Positions 48,711 through 58,792 of a stretch of DNA of 64,000 nt are shown here, in pieces. The stretch's first letter is position 1. Each line of letters starts with the position of its first letter. Position numbers and translations under genes: made by a program. Origin of the DNA: Thermoanaerobaculia bacterium (GTDB lineage: Bacteria > Acidobacteriota > Thermoanaerobaculia > Multivoradales > Multivoraceae); assembly GCA_963666565.1 (NCBI GenBank), contig OY762911.1:2112001-2176000 (forward strand), given 5' to 3'. Under the pieces are notes generated by a model. The model made no database searches. It saw nothing but the letters and a program-made list of their open reading frames with translations, and was not told the DNA's origin.

Positions 48711-49727
48711 ATGATCCGCGTCGGCATCAACGGATTCGGCCGCATCGGCCGCAGCGTCTTTCGCATCCTCGCCGGCCGGCCGAACGTGGAGGTCGCCGGC
48801 ATCAACGACCTGTTCGACGCGGACCGCCTCGCGTACCTGCTGCGCTACGACACGGTGCAGGGCGTCTTCGACCAGGACGTCGAGGTGACGGCGAACGGTC
48901 TCCGCGTCGGCGGCCGGGACATCCGGCTCACCGCCGAGCGCGATCCGTCGCGGCTGCCTTGGAACGATCTCGGCGTCGACGTCGCGGTCGAGTCGACCGG
49001 CGTGTTCCGGACCCGCGCCCAGGTGGCCCAGCACCTCGACGCCGGCGCTCCGCGCGTGGTCCTCACGGTGCCGGCCAAGGACGAGATCGACGCGACGATC
49101 GTGCTCGGAGTGAACGACGACGATCTCGGTCCCGAACACCGCGTCGTCTCCAACGCCTCCTGCACGACGAACTGCCTGGCGCCCCTGGCGAAGACCCTGG
49201 ACGACGCGTTCGGCTTCGAGGAGGGCTTCATCACCACCGTCCACGCCTACACGAACGGCCAGCGCCTGGTCGACGCGCCGCACAGCGACCCGCGCCGCAG
49301 CCGCTCGGCGACCGCGAACATCATCCCGACGACCACCGGCGCCGCGCGCGCCGTCGGCCAGGTGTTGCCGCACCTGAACGGCAAGCTCGACGGCATGGCG
49401 ATGCGGGTGCCGGTGGCGGACGGTTCGATCGTCGACCTGACCTGCCGCCTGCGCGGCGCCCCCTCGGCGGAGGACGTGAACGCGGCCGCTGCCGAGGCCG
49501 CGGGCTCGAACCTTGCCGGTGTCCTCCAGTACTCGGAAGACCCCCTCGTCTCCAGCGACATCCTCGGCAATCCCCACTCGTCGATCTTCGACGCCCCCCT
49601 GACCCGTGCGACGCCGGCTGCGGGCGGCGGCGCGTACGTCCGCGTCGTCTCGTGGTACGACAACGAGTGGGGCTACTCGAACCGGGTCGCGGACCTGATC
49701 GAGCGGCTCGCCCAGTTCGAGTCCTGA
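48711..49727 (+). CDS. gap: Type I glyceraldehyde-3-phosphate dehydrogenase (338 aa)
   Basis: MIRVGINGFGRIGR, ESTGVF, SNASCTTNCLAP, TTVHAYT, WYDNEWGYSNR. Confidence 0.97.
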   Translation: MIRVGINGFGRIGRSVFRILAGRPNVEVAGINDLFDADRLAYLLRYDTVQGVFDQDVEVTANGLRVGGRDIRLTAERDPSRLPWNDLGVDVAVESTGVFRTRAQVAQHLDAGAPRVVLTVPAKDEIDATIVLGVNDDDLGPEHRVVSNASCTTNCLAPLAKTLDDAFGFEEGFITTVHAYTNGQRLVDAPHSDPRRSRSATANIIPTTTGAARAVGQVLPHLNGKLDGMAMRVPVADGSIVDLTCRLRGAPSAEDVNAAAAEAAGSNLAGVLQYSEDPLVSSDILGNPHSSIFDAPLTRATPAAGGGAYVRVVSWYDNEWGYSNRVADLIERLAQFES

Positions 49728-49752
49728 GACCGGCAGAGGCGGGGACCGGATC

Positions 49753-51204
49753 GTGCAGCGTCGAGCCAAGATCGTCGCCACGATCGGCCCGGCCAGTTCG
49801 AGCGCCAGGACGCTGGCGCGGCTGATCCGGGCGGGGGTGAACGTCGTTCGGCTGAACCAGTCGCACGGCACCCGGGAGGAGCACCGCCGGCTGATCCGCC
49901 GGGTGCGCGAGGTCAGCGAGGAGGCCGGCCGGTCGGTGGGCGTGATGGTCGACCTGATGGGCCCTCGCCACCGGCTCGACCACTTCGAGGGCGCCCGGAT
50001 GCTGAAGGAGGGCGACGTCGTCAGCCTCGGGGCGGACGACGAATCCGATCTGCGGCTCCACCGCGACATGGTGGAGCACGTCGAACCGGGAGAGCGCATC
50101 CTGATCGACGACGGCCGGGTGCAGTTGGAGGTGCGGTCGAAGCAGCGGGGCGGGATCGAGGCGGAGGTCCAGATCGGCGGCGCTGTTTCGAGCCGGAAGG
50201 GCGTCAACCTCCCCGACAGCCGCTTGCCGTTCCGCATTTCGGAAAAGGACCTCGGCGACATCCGGATGGCGGTCGAGGAGGACGCGGACTTCCTGGCGGC
50301 GAGCTACATCGGCACGCCGGCGGACGTGGTCCAGGTACGGGAAGCGTCGCGCGAGGCGGGCCGGCCGCTGCAGATCATCGCCAAGCTCGAACGGCGGCGG
50401 GCGCTGGACCACCTCGACGAGATCGCGCTCGAGTCCGACGGGGTGATGGTGGCGCGCGGCGACTTGGGGGTCGAGATCCCCCTGCACCAGGTTCCGGTGG
50501 TCCAGAAGCGGATCATCGAGACCGGTTGGCGGCTCGCCCGTCCGGTGATCGTCGCGACCCAGATGCTGGAGTCGATGGTCGAGCACCCGCGCCCCACGCG
50601 CGCGGAGTCCTCGGACGTGGCGAACGCCGTGTTCGACGGCGCGGACGCGATGATGCTCTCCGGCGAGAGCGCGACCGGCCGTTATCCGCTCGAGGCGGTG
50701 CAGACGATGCACCGGATCATCACCGAGTCGGAGCGCTACAACCTCTCCAAGCACGCCTCCCAGCCGGTCGGCTTCCACACGATGGAGGTGGGCCCCTACG
50801 ACATCGAACCGCCGCACCGGCCGGGGACCCTGGAGATTCCGGAGACGGTCTCCGCCGCGGCCATCCTGTCGGCGCGCCACCTGACCGCGCAGGGCATCGT
50901 CGTTCTGAGCCAGGGCGGCTTCACGGCCCGCCAGGTCGCCTGCCGGCGGCCCTCGACGCCGGTGTTCGCGTTCACCCGCGAACCGCGGTCGATGCGGGAG
51001 CTCCAGCTCGTCTGGGGCGTCCACTCCGTGAAGATGGACCAGGAAGTCCACCACCACGACGAGGTCGTGGCGATGGTCGACCGGCAACTGCTCGCTGGCA
51101 GCCTGGCTTTGCCCGGCGACACGATCGTCCTGCTGATGGGCGACCCGATCCAGGACCGGCCGCCGACGAACCTGATGCGGATTCACCGGGTACGACCGCA
51201 GTAG
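49753..51204 (+). CDS. pyk: Pyruvate kinase
   Basis: KIVATIGPAS, RLNQSHG, KGVNLP, IIAKLE, MVARGDLGVE, ATQMLESM, PTRAESSDVANA, MLSGESA. Confidence 0.97.
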   Translation: MQRRAKIVATIGPASSSARTLARLIRAGVNVVRLNQSHGTREEHRRLIRRVREVSEEAGRSVGVMVDLMGPRHRLDHFEGARMLKEGDVVSLGADDESDLRLHRDMVEHVEPGERILIDDGRVQLEVRSKQRGGIEAEVQIGGAVSSRKGVNLPDSRLPFRISEKDLGDIRMAVEEDADFLAASYIGTPADVVQVREASREAGRPLQIIAKLERRRALDHLDEIALESDGVMVARGDLGVEIPLHQVPVVQKRIIETGWRLARPVIVATQMLESMVEHPRPTRAESSDVANAVFDGADAMMLSGESATGRYPLEAVQTMHRIITESERYNLSKHASQPVGFHTMEVGPYDIEPPHRPGTLEIPETVSAAAILSARHLTAQGIVVLSQGGFTARQVACRRPSTPVFAFTREPRSMRELQLVWGVHSVKMDQEVHHHDEVVAMVDRQLLAGSLALPGDTIVLLMGDPIQDRPPTNLMRIHRVRPQ

Positions 51205-51318
51205 CCGCCGGCATACCCGCACTGGGTGCGCGGGTCTGCCATCCGGGCGCCCGATGACGGGCGCACGGACTGGTTCACGGGTGGCGCGGGCCGCGCCACC
51301 CGGGTGGCCGACCCGCCG

Positions 51319-51400
51319 CTGGGTGCGCGGGTCTTCCGACCCGCCGCTGGGTGCGCGGGTCTTCCGACCCGCCGCTGGGTGCGCGGGTCTTCTGACCCGC
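51319..51400. repeat. Three tandem 28-bp REP-like units, with a degenerate unit at 51222
   Basis: CTGGGTGCGCGGGTCTTC(C/T)GACCCGC(CG) starting at 51319, 51347 and 51375. Confidence 0.92.
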
Positions 51401-51470
51401 CTCTGCCGCAGGCGGCCGGAAGACGCGCCGCGAAGCGGCGACCACAGGCATGGCGCTACGATCACGCCCC

Positions 51471-52649
51471 ATGACCGACAGCGACCTCCACGTCTCCATC
51501 GAGAACGACTACGCCTTCCTCCGCGACCCGGTCCGGCGCATCTGCGAGCAGTTCCCGGGCGAGTACTGGCGGCGGCTCGACGCCGCCGCCGAGTACCCGA
51601 CGGAGTTCGTCCAGGCCCTGACCGAGCACGAGTATCTCGGCTGCCTGATTCCGGAGGAGTACGGCGGTTCCGGCCTGCCGCTGCGGGCCGCCTCCGTCGT
51701 GCTGGAGACGATCCACTCCAGCGGCTGCAACGCGGCCGCCTGCCACGCCCAGATGTACACGATGGGCACGGTGCTTCGCCACGGCAGCGACGAACAGAAG
51801 CAGCGGTATCTACCGAAGATCGCGAGTGGCGAGCTGCGCCTGCAGGCGTTCGGCGTGACCGAGCCGGTGACGGGCTCGGACACCACCCAGCTCAGGACGA
51901 CCGCCGTCCGCGACGGCGACACCTACGTCGTCAACGGCCAGAAGATCTGGACCAGCCGGGCGCTGCACTCGGACCTGATGATCCTGCTCGCCCGGACGAC
52001 GCCGGCGGACCAGGTGGAGAAGCGCTCACGCGGCCTGTCCGTGTTTCTCGTCGACCTCCGCGAGACCCGCGGCGCCGGCCTGGAGATCCAGCCGATCGAC
52101 ACGATGATCAACCACGGCACGACCCAGGTCTTCTTCGACAACCTGCGCATTCCAGCCAGCAGCCGGATCGGCGAGGAGGGCCACGGCTTCAGGTACATCC
52201 TGAGCGGCATGAACGCGGAGCGCATCCTGCTCGCCTCCGAGGCGATCGGCGACGCCCGCTACTTCATCCGGCGCGCCGTCGAGTACGCCAACGAGCGCGA
52301 GGTCTTCGGCAGGCCGATCGGCCAGAACCAGGGCATCCAGTTCCCGATCGCGCGCGCCCACGCCGAAACCGACGCGGCGGAGATGATCGTCCGCAAGGCC
52401 GCAGCCCTCTACGACGCCGGCCGTGAATGCGGCGCCGAAGCGAACAGCGCCAAGCTCCTCGCCTCCGAAGCCGCCTGGAAGGCCGGCGACACCTGCTTCC
52501 AGACCTTCGGCGGCTTCGCCTTCGCCACCGAGTACGACATCGAACGCAAGTGGCGCGAATGCCGCCTCTTCCAGACGGCACCCATTTCGACGAACCTCGT
52601 GCTCACGTACCTGGCCCAGCACGTCCTCGGACTGCCGCGCAGCTACTGA
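51471..52649 (+). CDS. Acyl-CoA dehydrogenase family protein
   Basis: IPEEYGGSG, AFGVTEPVTGSD, VNGQKIWTS, IGEEGHGF, MNAERI, REVFGRPIGQNQGIQF, QTFGGFAFATEYDIER. Confidence 0.95.
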   Translation: MTDSDLHVSIENDYAFLRDPVRRICEQFPGEYWRRLDAAAEYPTEFVQALTEHEYLGCLIPEEYGGSGLPLRAASVVLETIHSSGCNAAACHAQMYTMGTVLRHGSDEQKQRYLPKIASGELRLQAFGVTEPVTGSDTTQLRTTAVRDGDTYVVNGQKIWTSRALHSDLMILLARTTPADQVEKRSRGLSVFLVDLRETRGAGLEIQPIDTMINHGTTQVFFDNLRIPASSRIGEEGHGFRYILSGMNAERILLASEAIGDARYFIRRAVEYANEREVFGRPIGQNQGIQFPIARAHAETDAAEMIVRKAAALYDAGRECGAEANSAKLLASEAAWKAGDTCFQTFGGFAFATEYDIERKWRECRLFQTAPISTNLVLTYLAQHVLGLPRSY

Positions 52650-52734
52650 GGCCGAGCCCGCCGCGGGACGCGGCTGCGCCGCGTCCCGGACGGCGGCGGG
52701 CACGACGTGGCGGCGGCTCGTCGGATGAGTGCCG

Positions 52735-52912
52735 CCAGCCGAGGGGCCGGGGGGAGGTTCCCATCGGCCGCTCGCGCTTTTCGGGCTCAGGGGGAGATTG
52801 CGCTCGCTTCGGTCGGCTGCGCTTCACGTCGGCGTCGGTCCATGGCAGGGCGTCGACCGTCGCTTGCCTCCAGCCCGCTGGGACCCTCCCCCCGGCCCCT
52901 CGGCAGGCTGGA
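52735..52912. repeat. About 180-bp self-complementary (MITE/REPIN-like) element, copy 1
   Basis: Arms GCCGAGGGGCCGGGGGGAGG and CCTCCCCCCGGCCCCTCGGC; 52799-52912 is the reverse complement of about 54015-54128 with few mismatches. Confidence 0.8.
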
Positions 52913-53377
52913 AGTCGTCGGGTTCCGAAGGGCGGCAACCCGCTGGAGCACGGACCAACAGGAGTCGTCGTTCAAGAGTCGCAGGTAGCGGTCGTTCGCC
53001 CGGTTCTGGGCGATAGCGCCCGTTTCCCAGCGCTTGATCGTGGCCTCGCCGAGTCCGGTGATTTCGGCGAACGAGGCGCGGCTCAATCCGTGGCGTTCGC
53101 GAATCGCTCGAATCTCCCACGGTGTCAACAGGCCGAGGTGGCGGTAGACCGCCTCGGTCCGAACGCGTTCGCCGACTTCATCGATGAAGTCGAAGTCGCA
53201 GGCCTTGCAGTGCCTCACCGGGTGTCGAACGTGGAGGTCCACCGCGGCTCTACCTGAGCCGTACGTGAGCGTGTCGTCCACGATTGTCGTGGTCGTCGGC
53301 CGCTCGCAGTACGGACAGGTCAGTTCATCGAGGGCCGCGGAGTCGATCCGGCCTTCGTCGCTGTTCTGCGTCTTCAT
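52787..53377 (-). CDS. MqsA-like antitoxin (Zn finger plus XRE HTH); C-terminus runs into the repeat
   Basis: CPYC...CKAC, LLTPWEIRAIRERHGLSRASFAEITGLGEATIKRWETGAIAQ; ATGA overlap with the upstream gene. Confidence 0.88.
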   Translation of the reverse strand: MKTQNSDEGRIDSAALDELTCPYCERPTTTTIVDDTLTYGSGRAAVDLHVRHPVRHCKACDFDFIDEVGERVRTEAVYRHLGLLTPWEIRAIRERHGLSRASFAEITGLGEATIKRWETGAIAQNRANDRYLRLLNDDSCWSVLQRVAALRNPTTSSLPRGRGEGPSGLEASDGRRPAMDRRRREAQPTEASAISP

Positions 53378-53787
53378 GAGTGGCCTCTCTCGCTTGTGTC
53401 GGTTCGCTGGCTGGGCGGGTCGGCGAGGTGGAAACTGCGGCCGACGATCTTGCTCGCCGTGAGTTCGAGCTTGACGTAGAGCTTGGGAGAGTTCGGGCTG
53501 ATTTCAAGCTTCATGACGTAGCCCGTGGCACCCGCGGGCCGGTCCATCTCGATCATCTCCACATGCTCTCCCTGTTCAAGTCTGCTCGCGATGAACTCCC
53601 AAGCCGAGACGTCGGTGAACTGCATGTCGAAGGGCGCTTCCGGGTTGGGCACCGTGAACGGGATCCAGCGACTGGGCCGCTTTGGGGGCGTACCCAGCCT
53701 TCGGGTCCGTGGGCTCTCTGCCAAGCGGACAAGCAGTCTCCTCGTGTCGTCGTCGATCCCGCCCTGGGTTCTCGCGCCAGCCATCAT
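53374..53787 (-). CDS. Putative MqsR/RelE-like toxin (137 aa)
   Basis: Directly upstream of and overlapping the MqsA-like gene; YVMKLE...LYVKLEL...IVGRSFH matches the YxK...SFH end of MqsR-type RNases. Confidence 0.7.
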   Translation of the reverse strand: MMAGARTQGGIDDDTRRLLVRLAESPRTRRLGTPPKRPSRWIPFTVPNPEAPFDMQFTDVSAWEFIASRLEQGEHVEMIEMDRPAGATGYVMKLEISPNSPKLYVKLELTASKIVGRSFHLADPPSQRTDTSERGHS

Positions 53788-53810
53788 GCTCTCTCAGGCT
53801 GGCCTTCGCA

Positions 53811-53826
53811 GGGATCATATGATCCC
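53811..53826. promoter_or_regulatory. Perfect 16-bp palindrome, candidate antitoxin operator
   Basis: GGGATCATATGATCCC, 24-39 nt upstream of the toxin start. Confidence 0.6.
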
Positions 53827-54014
53827 GCGGGCTCGCCCGGCAAGCCGGTCTGGGGATTTGTCGGAGTCCACATGATCTCGCCCGGCTGACCCGCTGCCGG
53901 TCTGTCGACCTGCGATGGAAGAAGAAGTGCGCGGCGTCAGAGCGGGCGCCTACTGACATAGACGAAGAACGTACCCGCGTTTCGGTTCCGAGCGGACGGT
54001 CAGGGCCGCCGCCG

Positions 54015-54195
54015 TCCAGCCTGCGGAGAGGCCGGGGGGAGGGTCCAGCGGGCTGGAGGCAAGCGACGTCCGACGTCGCTACGTTCAACCGACGTCGACG
54101 TGAAGCGCAGCCGACCGAAGCGAGCGCGTCCTTCCCATCCACCCAGAGAGCGCGAGCGTCCGCTGGGACCCTCCCCCCGGCCTCTCCGCAGGCGG
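54015..54195. repeat. About 180-bp self-complementary element, copy 2, inverted relative to copy 1
   Basis: Arms GCCTGCGGAGAGGCCGGGGGGAGGGTCC and GGACCCTCCCCCCGGCCTCTCCGCAGGC; core GACGTGAAGCGCAGCCGACCGAAGCGAGCGC shared with copy 1. Confidence 0.85.
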
Positions 54196-54270
54196 GTCCC
54201 AGCCTCGGCCGCCACAACGCGTCCCAAGGCGCGAGTCGCGAAGCGACGAGCCTACGAAGCGACGAGCCTG

Positions 54271-55113
54271 CTAGGCCCGATCCCGGGCCGCCGCCAGCGC
54301 TCGCTTGCCGTAGACCTTGCCGACGTGGACGCGGTAGTCGCCGCTGGCGAAGATGTCGCCGATGGGGTCTTCGGCTTCCAGGCCGGAGGCCGCGGCGGCG
54401 ATGGCGTCGTCGGAGAGGTCGCTGCCGACGAGGCTCGAGACGTCGACCGCGGTCGGCGTGGCGGAGACGCCGCCGACGACCAGGCCGGCGGCGGTGCAGC
54501 GGCCGTCCTGGACGGTGACGGAGGCCGCGGCGCCGACGACCGCGTAGCCGGAGGCGGGGTGCTCGAACTTGAGGTAGGCGGCGCCGGCGCCCGGGGCCGG
54601 GACGTCGACGTGGGTGAGGATCTCGTCCTCGCCGACGTCGGTCATCAGCAGGTCCTGGAAGAAGTCGACCGCGGCGACGGAGCGGGCGCCGGAGGGCGAC
54701 TGCAGGTGGACGGTGGCGCCGAGCAGGACGAGCACGGGCGGCAGGTCGGAGCCGGGGTCGGCGTGGGCGATGTTGCCGCCGATCGTGCCGCGGTTGCGGA
54801 CCTGGGCGTCGCCGATGTGGCCGGCCGCTTCGGCGAGCACCGGGCAGTGGGCGGCCAGCACGTCGGAAGCCGCGATCTCGGCGTGAGTGGTCAGCGAGCC
54901 GACGCGGACCGAGCCGTTCGCCTCGGAGATGCCCCTGAGCTCGTCGAGGCGGCCGATGTCGATGACGACGGGCGGCTGCGCGAGCCGCAACTTCATCATC
55001 GGGATCAGGCTGTGGCCGCCGGCCATCAGCTTCGCGTCCTCGTGCTCCTGCAGCAGGCCGAGGGCTTCATCGACCGATCCGGCGCGACGGTAATCGAATT
55101 GGGCTGGGTACAT
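54271..55113 (-). CDS. coxM: Carbon monoxide dehydrogenase-like medium (FAD) subunit
   Basis: MYPAQFDYRR, MAGGHSLIPMMKLRLA, QVRNRGTIGGNIAHADPGSD. Confidence 0.92.
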   Translation of the reverse strand: MYPAQFDYRRAGSVDEALGLLQEHEDAKLMAGGHSLIPMMKLRLAQPPVVIDIGRLDELRGISEANGSVRVGSLTTHAEIAASDVLAAHCPVLAEAAGHIGDAQVRNRGTIGGNIAHADPGSDLPPVLVLLGATVHLQSPSGARSVAAVDFFQDLLMTDVGEDEILTHVDVPAPGAGAAYLKFEHPASGYAVVGAAASVTVQDGRCTAAGLVVGGVSATPTAVDVSSLVGSDLSDDAIAAAASGLEAEDPIGDIFASGDYRVHVGKVYGKRALAAARDRA

Positions 55114-55254
55114 GTCGGTGCTCCTGATTCGGCAGCTTCGGTTGTTCGGCTGCGGGATTCTAGAAGACTGCGCGTCGGAACGATGCTGAATCGAGGTCGG
55201 TCGCTCGGTCTTCGAGGGCGGTAGGCGTTTGGGTGGCCTGGACGGACGAGGTGG

Positions 55255-57606
55255 TTAGCTGTTGACGGCCCGCCACACCTTCTCGGGCGTGAGCGGCATG
55301 TCGATGTGGTCGATCCCGAACGGCGCGAGCGCGTCGACCACGGCGTTGACCACCGCGGCCGGCGAGGCGATCGCGCCGGCCTCGCCGACGCCCTTGACGC
55401 CCAGCGGGTTGTGCGGGCAGGGAGTCGTCGTGCGGTCGAGCTCGAACGGGATCAGGTTGTGGATCTTGGGCACGGCGTAGTCCATCAGCGAGCCGGACAC
55501 GAGCTGGCCGCTCTCGTCGTAGACCGCGTTCTCCCACAGCGCCTGGCCGATGCCCTGGGCCAGACCCCCGTGGAGCTGGCCGTCGACGATCATCGGGTTG
55601 ATCACGTTGCCGACGTCGTCGACCGCCGCGTAGCGCAGCAGTTCGATCGAGCCGGTCTCCGTGTCGACCTCGACCACGCAGACGTGGGTGCCGAAGGGGT
55701 AGGTGAAGTTCGCCGGGTCGTAGAAGCTGGTGGCCGAGAGGCCGGGCTCCAGGTCGTCCGGGTAGTTGTGGGCCAGGTAGGCCTGGAGCGCCACGTCGCC
55801 GAGAGCGAGCGCGCGGTCCGGCGAGCCAGCCACGCGGAAACTGCCGTCCTCGTACTCCAGGTCCTCGGCGGACGCTTCGAGCAGGTGGGCGGCGATCTTC
55901 TTGCCCTTCTCGATGATCTTCTCGACGCTCCGCACGATCGCCGAACCGCCCACGGCGGCGCTGCGGCTGCCGTAGGTGCCCATCCCGAACTGGACGAGGT
56001 CCGTGTCGCCGTGGATCACCTCGACCGCGTCCGGGTCGATGCCCAGCTTGTCGGCGACGATCTGCGAGAAGGTCGTCTCGTGGCCCTGGCCGTGCGACGA
56101 GGAGCCGGTGTAGACGGTGACGGAGGCGGTCGGGTGGACGCGCACGTCGGCGCTCTCCCACTGGCCGGCCTGCGCGCCGAGCGAGCCGACGACCGCCGAC
56201 GGTGCCAGCCCGCACGCCTCGATGTAGGACGAGAAGCCGATGCCGATCTGCCGCCGGCCGGCGCCGTTGCCGCGGCGCGACGCCTGCTCGCTTCGCAGGT
56301 CGTCGTAGCCGATCATCTCCAGAGCCCGGTCCATCGCCGGCCCGTAGTTGCCGGAGTCGTAGGCCAGGGCGACCTGCGTCTGGTACGGGAAGGCGTCCGG
56401 CGGCACGAAGTTGCGCCGCCGCACCTCGACCGGACCCAGGCCGGTGGCCTCGCCGGCGAGATGCATCAGCCGCTCGACGACGTAGGTGGCCTCGGGCCGG
56501 CCGGCGCCGCGGTAGGCGTCGACCGGGGCCGTGTGGGTGAAGACGCCGGTGACGTGGCAGTGGATCGCCGGGATGTCGTACTGGCCGGACATCAGCGTGC
56601 CGTACAGGTAGGTCGGCACCGCCGGCGCGAAGGTCGAGAGGTAGGCGCCCATCGCGGCCTTCGTGTCGACGCGGAGCGCGGCGATGCGGCCGTCCGCGTC
56701 GAGCGCGAGTTCGCAGTGGCTCGAGTGGTCGCGGCCGTGGGCGTCGGTGAGGTTCGTCTCGGTGCGCGTGGCCGTCCACTTGACTGGCCGGTCGAGCTTC
56801 ATCGAGCAGAGGCCGACGATCGCCTCGTCGGCGTAGTGATGGATCTTGCTGCCGAAGCCGCCTCCCACTTCGGGGGCGACGATCCGCACCTTGTGCTCGG
56901 GCATGCCGAGCGACGCGAGCGTCATCAGCAGCCGGTGGACGTGCGGGTTCTGGCTCGTCATGTGGATCGTCATCTCGCCCGTCGACGAGTCGTACGAGGC
57001 GAGCACCGCGCGCGGCTCGATCGCGTGCGGGATCAGGCGGTTGTTGCGGAGGTCGAGTTCGACCGTGTGCGCGGCCTGCGCGAAGGCGGCGTCCACGGCC
57101 TCCCGGTCGCCGATCTCCCAGTCGAAGGCGACGTTGCCGGGCGCTTCCTCGTGGACTGCGGGCGCGCCGTCCTCGAGAGCGGCGACCACGTCGGCTACGG
57201 CGTCGAGCGGCTCGTAGTCGACGGCCACGCGGTCGGCGGCGTCGCGGGCGACGTAGCGATCCTCTGCGACGACGACGGCCACCGCGTCGCCGACGTGGCG
57301 GACCGTGTCGGCGGCGATCATCGGGTGGGCCGGCTGCTTCAGGTCGGGCAGCAGCCAGCCGACGGGGACCACGCCGGGAATGCCGGCGGCCGCCACGTCG
57401 CGCGCCGTGAGCACGGCGAGAACGCCGGGCAGGGCTTCGGCGGCGGAGGCGTCGATCCCGCGGATACGGGCGTGGGCGTAGGGACTGCGCACGATCGCGG
57501 CGTGCGCCATGCCTTCGACCTTCAGGTCGTCGGTGTACTTGCCGCGGCCGGTAATGAGCGCCGGGTCCTCCCGGCGCTTGATCGAGGTGCCGAGGACGCC
57601 CGCCAT
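55255..57606 (-). CDS. coxL: Molybdenum hydroxylase large subunit, form II CoxL-like
   Basis: [19 protein letters not shown], active-site AYRGAGR (form II, not AYxCSFR), [22 protein letters not shown]. Confidence 0.92.
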   Translation of the reverse strand: MAGVLGTSIKRREDPALITGRGKYTDDLKVEGMAHAAIVRSPYAHARIRGIDASAAEALPGVLAVLTARDVAAAGIPGVVPVGWLLPDLKQPAHPMIAADTVRHVGDAVAVVVAEDRYVARDAADRVAVDYEPLDAVADVVAALEDGAPAVHEEAPGNVAFDWEIGDREAVDAAFAQAAHTVELDLRNNRLIPHAIEPRAVLASYDSSTGEMTIHMTSQNPHVHRLLMTLASLGMPEHKVRIVAPEVGGGFGSKIHHYADEAIVGLCSMKLDRPVKWTATRTETNLTDAHGRDHSSHCELALDADGRIAALRVDTKAAMGAYLSTFAPAVPTYLYGTLMSGQYDIPAIHCHVTGVFTHTAPVDAYRGAGRPEATYVVERLMHLAGEATGLGPVEVRRRNFVPPDAFPYQTQVALAYDSGNYGPAMDRALEMIGYDDLRSEQASRRGNGAGRRQIGIGFSSYIEACGLAPSAVVGSLGAQAGQWESADVRVHPTASVTVYTGSSSHGQGHETTFSQIVADKLGIDPDAVEVIHGDTDLVQFGMGTYGSRSAAVGGSAIVRSVEKIIEKGKKIAAHLLEASAEDLEYEDGSFRVAGSPDRALALGDVALQAYLAHNYPDDLEPGLSATSFYDPANFTYPFGTHVCVVEVDTETGSIELLRYAAVDDVGNVINPMIVDGQLHGGLAQGIGQALWENAVYDESGQLVSGSLMDYAVPKIHNLIPFELDRTTTPCPHNPLGVKGVGEAGAIASPAAVVNAVVDALAPFGIDHIDMPLTPEKVWRAVNS

Positions 57607-57607
57607 G

Positions 57608-58075
57608 TCAGCTCATCCTCTCGGCGGCGTACTTCACGGCCTCCACGATGTTGTGGTAGCCGGTGCAGCGGCAGATGTTGCCCTTGAGGCCCTCGCGGAT
57701 CTCCTCGTCGTTCGGGCTCGGGTTCTGCGCCAGCAAGTAGTTCGCGGAGAGGATCATGCCCGGCGTGCAGTAGCCGCACTGCAGGCCGTGCTTCTCCCAG
57801 AAGCCCTCCTGGAGCGGATGCAGCTCGCCGTTTTGGGCCAGTCCCTCGATCGTGGTCACCGAGGCGCCGTCGGCCTGCGCCGCGAGCATCGTGCAGGACT
57901 TGACCGCGTTGCCGTCGACCAGCACCGTGCAGGCGCCGCAGAGACTCGTCTCGCAGCCGATGTTGGCGCCGGTCAGGCCCAGGTCCTCGCGGAGGAAGTG
58001 GACCAGCAGGCGCCGCGGCTCGACCGCCGCCTGAACCGGCTTTCCGTTGACTTCGAGTTGAATGGACACGGTCAT
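57608..58075 (-). CDS. coxS: Carbon monoxide dehydrogenase-like small (2Fe-2S) subunit
   Basis: [11 protein letters not shown]...[21 protein letters not shown]. Confidence 0.95.
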   Translation of the reverse strand: MTVSIQLEVNGKPVQAAVEPRRLLVHFLREDLGLTGANIGCETSLCGACTVLVDGNAVKSCTMLAAQADGASVTTIEGLAQNGELHPLQEGFWEKHGLQCGYCTPGMILSANYLLAQNPSPNDEEIREGLKGNICRCTGYHNIVEAVKYAAERMS

Positions 58076-58106
58076 CGGTGGTTCTCTCCTTCCAGATTGG
58101 GGGACG

Positions 58107-58694
58107 TCAGGAACAGGCTCGGAGCGAGATGGCGATGGCCGCCAGCACGACCAGCGCGCCGCCGGCCAGGTACGGCCAGAGTTCCCTGGCCAGTCCGGCG
58201 GCGAAGCGGCCGGCGAAGGCGGCCTGGGAGGGGGCCTCGGCGGCCGCCGCGGCCCGCGCCGCGAGCTGCGTCTCCAGGCCCTGCAGGCCTTGGCGGGTCA
58301 GCACTTTGGCCGAACTGTCGAGAAGCCGCTGGCCGACGGCGGCGATCCGGCCGCCGACCTGGGCGTCGATCTCGTAGTGGAGCAGGGTGCCGCCGCCGTC
58401 GGCGTCCTCCAGGCGGAGCGAACCCTTGCCGTTGACGAAACCGGGGGCGCCCTTGCCGTCCATCTTCAGGTCGTAGCCGTTCGGCGGATCGAGGTCGAGC
58501 AGTTCGACCCCGCCCTCGAACACGCCCTGCACGGGCCCGACCTTCATCTTCAGCTTGCCGCGGAACCGGTTGTCGCCGACCGGGGCCATGTCCTCGCAAC
58601 CCGGCAGCGTGCGCGACAGGACCTCCGGGTCGAGGATCGCTTCCCAGACGGTCTCGCGCGGCACGGCGAGGGGGTGCGAGCCCTTGATCTTCAC
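58107..58694 (-). CDS. coxG: CoxG (SRPBCC fold) with C-terminal membrane anchor
   Basis: [41 protein letters not shown], hydrophobic tail. Confidence 0.9.
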   Translation of the reverse strand: MKIKGSHPLAVPRETVWEAILDPEVLSRTLPGCEDMAPVGDNRFRGKLKMKVGPVQGVFEGGVELLDLDPPNGYDLKMDGKGAPGFVNGKGSLRLEDADGGGTLLHYEIDAQVGGRIAAVGQRLLDSSAKVLTRQGLQGLETQLAARAAAAAEAPSQAAFAGRFAAGLARELWPYLAGGALVVLAAIAISLRACS

Positions 58695-58792
58695 GTTCCG
58701 CGGCGGCTGCGTCGCCCGATGCGGGGCGAACCGGGATGGAGTGTGGGCGCGACGGTCGGCATGACGCGGGAACTGCGAGATCTACCACAGAG

